Origin: Thermodesulfobacteriota bacterium
Lineage (GTDB): Bacteria; Desulfobacterota_D; UBA1144; Nemesobacterales; Nemesobacteraceae
Direction of reading: 5' to 3'
Assembly: GCA_965202785.1 (NCBI GenBank)
Contig: OZ241855.1
Span: forward strand, 1,568,001 to 1,632,000
DNA: 64,000 nucleotides
Below, piece by piece: positions 58,437-64,000 of the stretch (positions are counted from its first letter, which is position 1; each line of letters opens with the position of its first letter). The notes under the pieces are model-generated. The model was not told the DNA's origin. It saw only the letters and a list, made by a program, of their open reading frames with translations, and did no database searches. The translations under genes were made by a program, and so were the position numbers.

Positions 58437-59711
58437 ATGTTTCAGAACCTCGACAGACTCCGTCTAAAGGGAGTGGACAGCGTAAAACCGGGACTCGGGA
58501 GAATCACCGCGGTTCTTGAAGAACTGGGATACCCCAACAGGAAAAAGGATTACGTCGCCGTTGCCGGAACTAACGGCAAGGGGTCCGTGGCCGCCTGTAT
58601 CGCGTCAATATTCGAAGCAAACGGCTATCGCGCAGGTCTCTTTACCTCCCCTCACCTGATCGATGTCACGGAAAGAATAAAGGTAGACGGAGAGGAAATA
58701 ACCAGGGAGGAGCTTGAAGAGATCCTCGGTGTGGTTTTTGCCGCCTGCACCAAAATTGGCGTGGAGCTCAGTTATTTCGAAACGCTCACCGTAGCCGCAT
58801 TTCTTTATTTCAACGGCAAGTCAATAGATGTAGGCGTGCTTGAAGTTGGAATGGGGGGAAGATGGGACTCGACAAACGTATGCGATCACCTGGCAGGCGT
58901 TATAACGAATGTGTCCTTTGACCACACCGAATACCTGGGAAACACCTTGGGTGAGATCGCCGGGGAAAAAGCCGGAATAATCAAAAAAAACGCCCTCGTG
59001 GTGACCGGATGCACGGGCGAGGCCCTCTCGGTAATCGAGCGGAGGGCCCGGGAGAGTTCCTCAATATGCCACAGAATCGGAGCAGAGTTCACTTACGGTG
59101 AAAAAGAAAATCTGGGTTTCGATTACATGGGGCCCAGGTGGAATATCCCGGGACTCAAGGTTTCTCTTGCGGGTACACACCAGGTGGAAAACGCCGTCAT
59201 ATCCGTAGCGACGGCCGAGCTGCTTGCAATGCATACCCGCTACAAAACGGATCCGGAGAAGATAAAAGAGGCTCTTTCGGAAGTCGCTCTAGGGGGGCGA
59301 ATGGAATACTTAGACAGGGGGACTCCCGTTATAATCGACGGCGCGCATAACCTCGCCGCGGGGGAGAATCTTGTTAAGTCGCTTGAGTTTTATCATCCGG
59401 GGAAAAAATTCAATTTCCTGATAACAATGCTTGCTAACAAGGACATCGGAGGGTTCACCGAAACGCTCTCCCGAGTTTCGGGGAAACTTATCATAACGGA
59501 ACTTCCCGGAGTCAAGAAGTCTTTGGAAACGGAAAAAATTCTGGCGCTTACCCGGGGACAATTCGACTCGGTGGAAACGGTAAAAGATCCTCTTAAGGCA
59601 TACGAAAAGCTTCTCAGCTACGGAGAAGCTGCCTGCGTGTGTGGTTCCTTTTACCTAATAGGTTATCTTAAAGAAGCAATCCAAAATGAAGAGACTCTCG
59701 ATAGTAAGTAA
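58437..59711 (+). CDS. folC: Folylpolyglutamate/dihydrofolate synthase
   Basis: AGTNGKGS, FTSPHL, EVGMGGRWDSTN, DH, DGAHN, CGSFY. Confidence 0.94.
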   Translation: MFQNLDRLRLKGVDSVKPGLGRITAVLEELGYPNRKKDYVAVAGTNGKGSVAACIASIFEANGYRAGLFTSPHLIDVTERIKVDGEEITREELEEILGVVFAACTKIGVELSYFETLTVAAFLYFNGKSIDVGVLEVGMGGRWDSTNVCDHLAGVITNVSFDHTEYLGNTLGEIAGEKAGIIKKNALVVTGCTGEALSVIERRARESSSICHRIGAEFTYGEKENLGFDYMGPRWNIPGLKVSLAGTHQVENAVISVATAELLAMHTRYKTDPEKIKEALSEVALGGRMEYLDRGTPVIIDGAHNLAAGENLVKSLEFYHPGKKFNFLITMLANKDIGGFTETLSRVSGKLIITELPGVKKSLETEKILALTRGQFDSVETVKDPLKAYEKLLSYGEAACVCGSFYLIGYLKEAIQNEETLDSK

Positions 59712-60720
59712 CGATCTCTTTCTGGCTCACCAGAACCCTCCCGGACATCCGGAGTGTCCGGAAAGACTGACCAGCATCCTGGGGGTGCTTGAGAGTTCGG
59801 GTCTTATGGAGAAAACGGTTCCCGCCGACACAAGGCCCGCTACGGAGGAAGAGATCACCCTCGTACACAGCAAGCCCTATTTCGACATGGTCAAAAGCAC
59901 TTCCGGCAAGGAGTTCTCGCAGCTCGATGCCGATACCTCTACGTGCGAGGTTTCGTTTGACGCCGCGCTTGCGGGCTCCGGGGGGCTTATATGCTCGGTA
60001 AACGATATTCTCTCAGGGGAAATTGATACCGCGTTCGTACTCGCCCGACCTCCCGGACATCACGCCGAACATGACAGGGCGATGGGGTTCTGCCTGTTTA
60101 ATCACGTGGCGGTTGCGGGGGGCCATCTGTTAGCCAACTGTGGACTTGAGAGAGTCCTGATCATAGACTGGGACGTGCATCACGGAAACGGCACCCAGCA
60201 CATCTTCTATGATTCAGACAGCGTGCTTTACTTCTCAGTGCACCAGTTCCCGTTTTACCCCGGCACCGGAAGCCTTAAGGAGCTAGGATACAAAGACGGG
60301 CTCGGGCACACGGTTAACGTACCCTGCCCCGCAATGCTGGGAGACGAAGACTATCTAAGGATCTTCGCAGAGATACTCGAACCCGTAGTGGAGCAGTACT
60401 CCCCGGAATTTATCCTCATCTCCGCGGGCTTTGACGCTTACCAGGTCGATCCGCTGGGAGGAATGCTGGTTACCTCGGAAGGTTTCGCCAGGCTTACAAG
60501 GTTCGTTATGCAGCTCGCCGAGAAACACTGCCGCGGAAATATCGCCTTTTTGCTCGAAGGTGGCTACAACACCGCGGAGATGGGACTGATCATGCGGTCA
60601 GTCATAGAAGAGATACTCGATCTTAAAACATCGGATACCGGTTTTGATCCCAAGCGGACAAACTGCGAACACACCGTCTTGGAAACCAGAAGGATTTACT
60701 CGAAATTCTGGGATTTTTAG
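59686..60720 (+). CDS. Histone deacetylase family (Zn-dependent) protein
   Basis: HPECPERL, RPPGHHA, GFC, DWDVHHGNGTQ, SAGFD, LEGGY. Confidence 0.93.
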   Translation: MKRLSIVSNDLFLAHQNPPGHPECPERLTSILGVLESSGLMEKTVPADTRPATEEEITLVHSKPYFDMVKSTSGKEFSQLDADTSTCEVSFDAALAGSGGLICSVNDILSGEIDTAFVLARPPGHHAEHDRAMGFCLFNHVAVAGGHLLANCGLERVLIIDWDVHHGNGTQHIFYDSDSVLYFSVHQFPFYPGTGSLKELGYKDGLGHTVNVPCPAMLGDEDYLRIFAEILEPVVEQYSPEFILISAGFDAYQVDPLGGMLVTSEGFARLTRFVMQLAEKHCRGNIAFLLEGGYNTAEMGLIMRSVIEEILDLKTSDTGFDPKRTNCEHTVLETRRIYSKFWDF

Positions 60721-60849
60721 AGCGGGAAGCCTGCTCTGACAGAGGCAGTGGTATAATTTCAGGGACTTCCTGCCCTGCCACCTCATATACTACATCCAGA
60801 TCACTCCAGTCCCCTAATGGCATTCTCCTAGCCGGCTAATTCCTGTTTT

Positions 60850-61398
60850 TTAAAAATTAGGGGCGCCAACACAAGCCTTCAACGTGCCATCTTCATTCTT
60901 GAGATAGTCCGAATAAGCTTCCGCTTCGCAGCCATCCCCTTCCGCCATACCCGCAGGGACCATCACGTAAGGACAAACTACAGTGGGTTTACTATCGGGA
61001 CGCGTAGCTACTCCCGCCCAGAATCCCACATACATATCGCCATCCTTTCTTAGAAAATAGGCTCCGGGATCAACTAAATCCCCTTCCCCTGTTTCCGTTA
61101 CATAACTGCTGACAATATGGCTGTCGGTTTTTATACCGACATGCCCAAAAGTCGCCTCGCCGAAAGCGTCACCGGTGGACAAGGCAGCAAGATTGGACCC
61201 GCCGATAACCAGTTCGTCCGGGTGGATGAAAAGCGATAGGCTTTCGCTTTGGCAATCGTCCACACCGTCAGCGTTAATGCTTGAGAAAAACCCCATCATT
61301 TCAACAGGGTCCGATTCTACAGGTTCCGATGTTCCGTTACCATTATCGCCACAAGCCAACGCAAACATTAAAACAAAAACCCAAGAAAAATGCTTCAT
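60850..61398 (-). CDS. Hypothetical lipoprotein
   Basis: GGAGG RBS, MKHFSWVFVLMFALAC lipobox, four further Cys. Confidence 0.75.
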   Translation of the reverse strand: MKHFSWVFVLMFALACGDNGNGTSEPVESDPVEMMGFFSSINADGVDDCQSESLSLFIHPDELVIGGSNLAALSTGDAFGEATFGHVGIKTDSHIVSSYVTETGEGDLVDPGAYFLRKDGDMYVGFWAGVATRPDSKPTVVCPYVMVPAGMAEGDGCEAEAYSDYLKNEDGTLKACVGAPNF

Positions 61399-61706
61399 GA
61401 TTTTTCCTCCGTTTTGAAAGGTAATCATATTTGTTATTTTACATTGTATTATTTAGTTAAGAGATCGGCAAAGGAACTGCTTGCATCTGCATTGCCGGTT
61501 CCTTCATGCCCTCCTAATTATGAAGGCCGCCGCCCCCTTAATTATCATTTTCCCAACAATTCCTTCCCATTCCTCTTCCCCTAATCCCGCAAGTTCTTAA
61601 TATCCCACATTCATTCTCGTTGAGACCGCGCAGAAAAAAGAAAATCAGAGCCAGCCGCCCTAGCGGTGGTGCATCCGCCTCGGATTTCAGTTAAACCCGG
61701 TAATGT

Positions 61707-62528
61707 TCAGGAGGAAATTTCACCTTTCCTGTAGTCGCTCCCCTCGATGAAAAGCGGGGTGCACATTTCATAAAGCCTTGAAGCTATCCTCTCCCCCACC
61801 CTGTCCTCAAGTATTTCCGTTTTGCTCCTGGATTTTTTAGGCAGTGACTCCTTGGCCACATAATTGGTAGTAACAAGGGTCTTCTTTGAGGAGTTGTAAC
61901 GCTTGGAAATGAGCTGATCGAGGATGTTCTGCTCCCATTCGGAACTTTTGCCTTTTCCCATCTCGTCTATAACCAGAATTTCCGCGTTTATAAGCGGTCC
62001 TATTATCTCGTTTTCGGGAATTCCCTCGGAATAGGCCTTCCGCAGGTCTCCAAGCAGAAAGAAAAAATCGGTAAACACGCACTCAACGGCTTTCTGAAGC
62101 GTAAGCTCCGCTATGGCCCCTACCGCAAGGCGTGTTTTGGCAAGCCCGGGTCCTCCCATAAGCAGAAAGCCTTTTTCCTCCGGGTACTTGTCGACAAACG
62201 ACTTCACGTAGGTCATTGCATCAAGCTGACTCTGTCCACGCGGGTCTATATCGTCTGACTGCAGAACGCCGGCGAACTTTGATGGAATCTTCGCATTGTT
62301 GTATCTCCTGATTTTAAGTCTTACCACCCCGCAGGTCCCGCAGCGCTCAAGGTACCTGTAGCCCCTTTCGTTCTCCAAGAAGACCGTCCCCGACCCTCCG
62401 CAGTCGCCGCACTCGGAAACGCAGCCGCAGACCTGCGCACGGGCGTACTGATCGTTCTTTGTGGAAATCATGTAGCCCCTGCCGGAACATTTTCGACAAC
62501 CGGTCGCAATGTGTCTTCTTCTGGCCAT
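61707..62528 (-). CDS. DnaC/IstB-like AAA+ ATPase with Cys-rich N-terminus
   Basis: Several CxxC, AKIPSKF, Walker A-like GGPGLAKT, LVIDEMG, TTNY, RIASRL, GSDYR. Confidence 0.85.
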   Translation of the reverse strand: MARRRHIATGCRKCSGRGYMISTKNDQYARAQVCGCVSECGDCGGSGTVFLENERGYRYLERCGTCGVVRLKIRRYNNAKIPSKFAGVLQSDDIDPRGQSQLDAMTYVKSFVDKYPEEKGFLLMGGPGLAKTRLAVGAIAELTLQKAVECVFTDFFFLLGDLRKAYSEGIPENEIIGPLINAEILVIDEMGKGKSSEWEQNILDQLISKRYNSSKKTLVTTNYVAKESLPKKSRSKTEILEDRVGERIASRLYEMCTPLFIEGSDYRKGEISS

Positions 62529-62529
62529 G

Positions 62530-63186
62530 TCACTTCATAGCGAAAACGTCATTTATACCAAGGGCTTCACATACGATTTCATCCCTGAAGGCATTAATGG
62601 TTCTTTTCTTCGCGTCCTCGTCGTAGAGTTTTGCCTCCTCCGGAAGTCTATTCAGGGCAGAATCCGTTATCTGCTTCTGTCTCTCGGCGGAAAGACCCGA
62701 GAAAACATCTTCAACAAAACCCCGCCACAAAGAATTAAACTGCTTGTATATGCTAGCGGACCCCGCGTCGTCCGTCTCGCGAACCCTGCGTCTGAGTTCC
62801 TCGTATTTCCCCCGTATATCCTCTCTTTTTTCCTCAATTATGATCCTATCAAGCCTCTTTAGGACCCGCTCTATTATACTGCTTCTTGTAAAAGCGGCGC
62901 TCCGGGGTGTTGCCTGTTTCCTCTCCCGCTCTACCGACTGTGTTTCGAGGTAATCTTCAATTTCATGCCTTATGTTAAAAAGCCCTCTCGGTTCCTGGGC
63001 ACCTTTCTGCCTCTTTTGCTCAAAGCCGTAGGCTATAGCCTTAATTACCATTTCCTTTGAGACGGATCTTTCGCCAAGCTCCCTTATAAAACTGTAGTCC
63101 CTGGCTGAAAGCATGAGGCCCTTTCCCGCAAGCCCGAGAAAATACCGCTCTATGTCGGCTATATAGTTTCGCTCTTGAGACTTCAT
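62530..63186 (-). CDS. Hypothetical protein (possible DnaD-like partner of the loader)
   Basis: 218-aa helical protein with LSARDY..I motif; 1 nt upstream of the DnaC-like gene. Confidence 0.65.
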   Translation of the reverse strand: MKSQERNYIADIERYFLGLAGKGLMLSARDYSFIRELGERSVSKEMVIKAIAYGFEQKRQKGAQEPRGLFNIRHEIEDYLETQSVERERKQATPRSAAFTRSSIIERVLKRLDRIIIEEKREDIRGKYEELRRRVRETDDAGSASIYKQFNSLWRGFVEDVFSGLSAERQKQITDSALNRLPEEAKLYDEDAKKRTINAFRDEIVCEALGINDVFAMK

Positions 63187-63224
63187 CTTCCCCCGGAAAA
63201 ATACGCAGCCCCTGGGTCCGGCCC

Positions 63225-63905
63225 TTATCCCATAATCTCGCGCATAGCCGACATCGTATCGGCATAGTTTTCCGTCTTGTATATTCCGGATCCCGTTACC
63301 ACTATGTCCGCTCCGGCCTCGATCACTTCCCTTATGTTCCCGAGATTTATCCCGCCGTCAGCTTCAATAAGCGGCTTCTTTCCATCTCCATCCATGCTGT
63401 CAAGAAGAGACCTCAGATCCCTTATTTTCGACAGCATCTCGGGGATGAATTTCTGACCCCCGAACCCCGGCTCCACAGTCATTATCACTATCACGTCTAT
63501 AAGCTCCATCAGCTTTTCCTCGATCACGCCGATCGGGGTTGCGGGGTTAAGGGCAACCCCGGTCATAACCCCTCTCCACCTGATGGAAGAGAGAGCGCTG
63601 TAGAGAAGGTTGCAGGCCTCCATCTGGACTGTGACGATTTTGACGTGAGGAGAACCCGCGTCTATGAATTTTTCCGTGAATTTCTCGGGACTATCAATCA
63701 TAAGGTGTATATCCATCTGGGGCGGCGACTCCATCCGGGCAATCGCCTCCACTATGGGTATTCCTATGCTTATGTTCGGAACGAAATGCCCGTCCATCAC
63801 GTCCACGTGTATAAGATCGGCGCCCGCCTCGCAAACAGCGGTCACCTCATCTTCAAGGCGAAGATAGTCACACGAGAGTATTGAAGGAGCCAGGAGTTTT
63901 TTCAT
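63225..63905 (-). CDS. rpe: Ribulose-phosphate 3-epimerase
   Basis: APSILS, HVDVMDGHFVPN, DIHLM, PGFGGQKF, DGGIN. Confidence 0.96.
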   Translation of the reverse strand: MKKLLAPSILSCDYLRLEDEVTAVCEAGADLIHVDVMDGHFVPNISIGIPIVEAIARMESPPQMDIHLMIDSPEKFTEKFIDAGSPHVKIVTVQMEACNLLYSALSSIRWRGVMTGVALNPATPIGVIEEKLMELIDVIVIMTVEPGFGGQKFIPEMLSKIRDLRSLLDSMDGDGKKPLIEADGGINLGNIREVIEAGADIVVTGSGIYKTENYADTMSAMREIMG

Positions 63906-64000
63906 TTCATTTTCTCCGCAGAGTCCAAGTGGGATTTTTTTGTATTTTACCCGAACAACAGCAAAAACCCACGAACCCCTGCGTGGAATCCAAGGCTATT

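Noticed and set aside
61707-62528. IS21 element (IstB)
   Set aside because: No IstA transposase or terminal inverted repeats seen.

Overview
Gene-dense bacterial chromosomal window of moderate GC, mostly housekeeping genes: trmI-rsmG-mtnP, ispG, proS, clpB, hflX, hemAC, xseB-ispA-tlyA, ileS, lutABC, purU, mrcA, cysK, ftsH-folP-cdaA-cdaR-glmM-pdxJ-acpS-folC and rpe, plus one initiator tRNA-Met. Gene order and protein types look deltaproteobacteria-like. A Ca. Dadabacteria-type, possibly host-associated lineage is my unverified inference. The strongest non-coding signal is a XerC/XerD dif site at 44947-44974. KOPS octamers flip polarity across it and the flanks are AT-rich, so the window appears to span the replication terminus. 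Small accessory islets: (i) a signalling-less, surface-anchored tandem Cache-domain protein behind a G11 tract, followed by gene remnants; (ii) three tandem 23-bp repeats abutting a truncated DUF4143-type ATPase/nuclease; (iii) a long nitroreductase paired with an RHH-like mini-protein; (iv) orphan nuoM followed by two PTPS paralogs (one lacking the catalytic Cys) and an SDR; (v) a secreted CxxC mini-protein/beta-barrel pair beside DUF547 and a GT-C enzyme; (vi) a DnaC-like loader with its partner gene and no phage context. No CRISPR array, rRNA or intact transposase was seen. All calls come from manual motif reading; no database searches were run.
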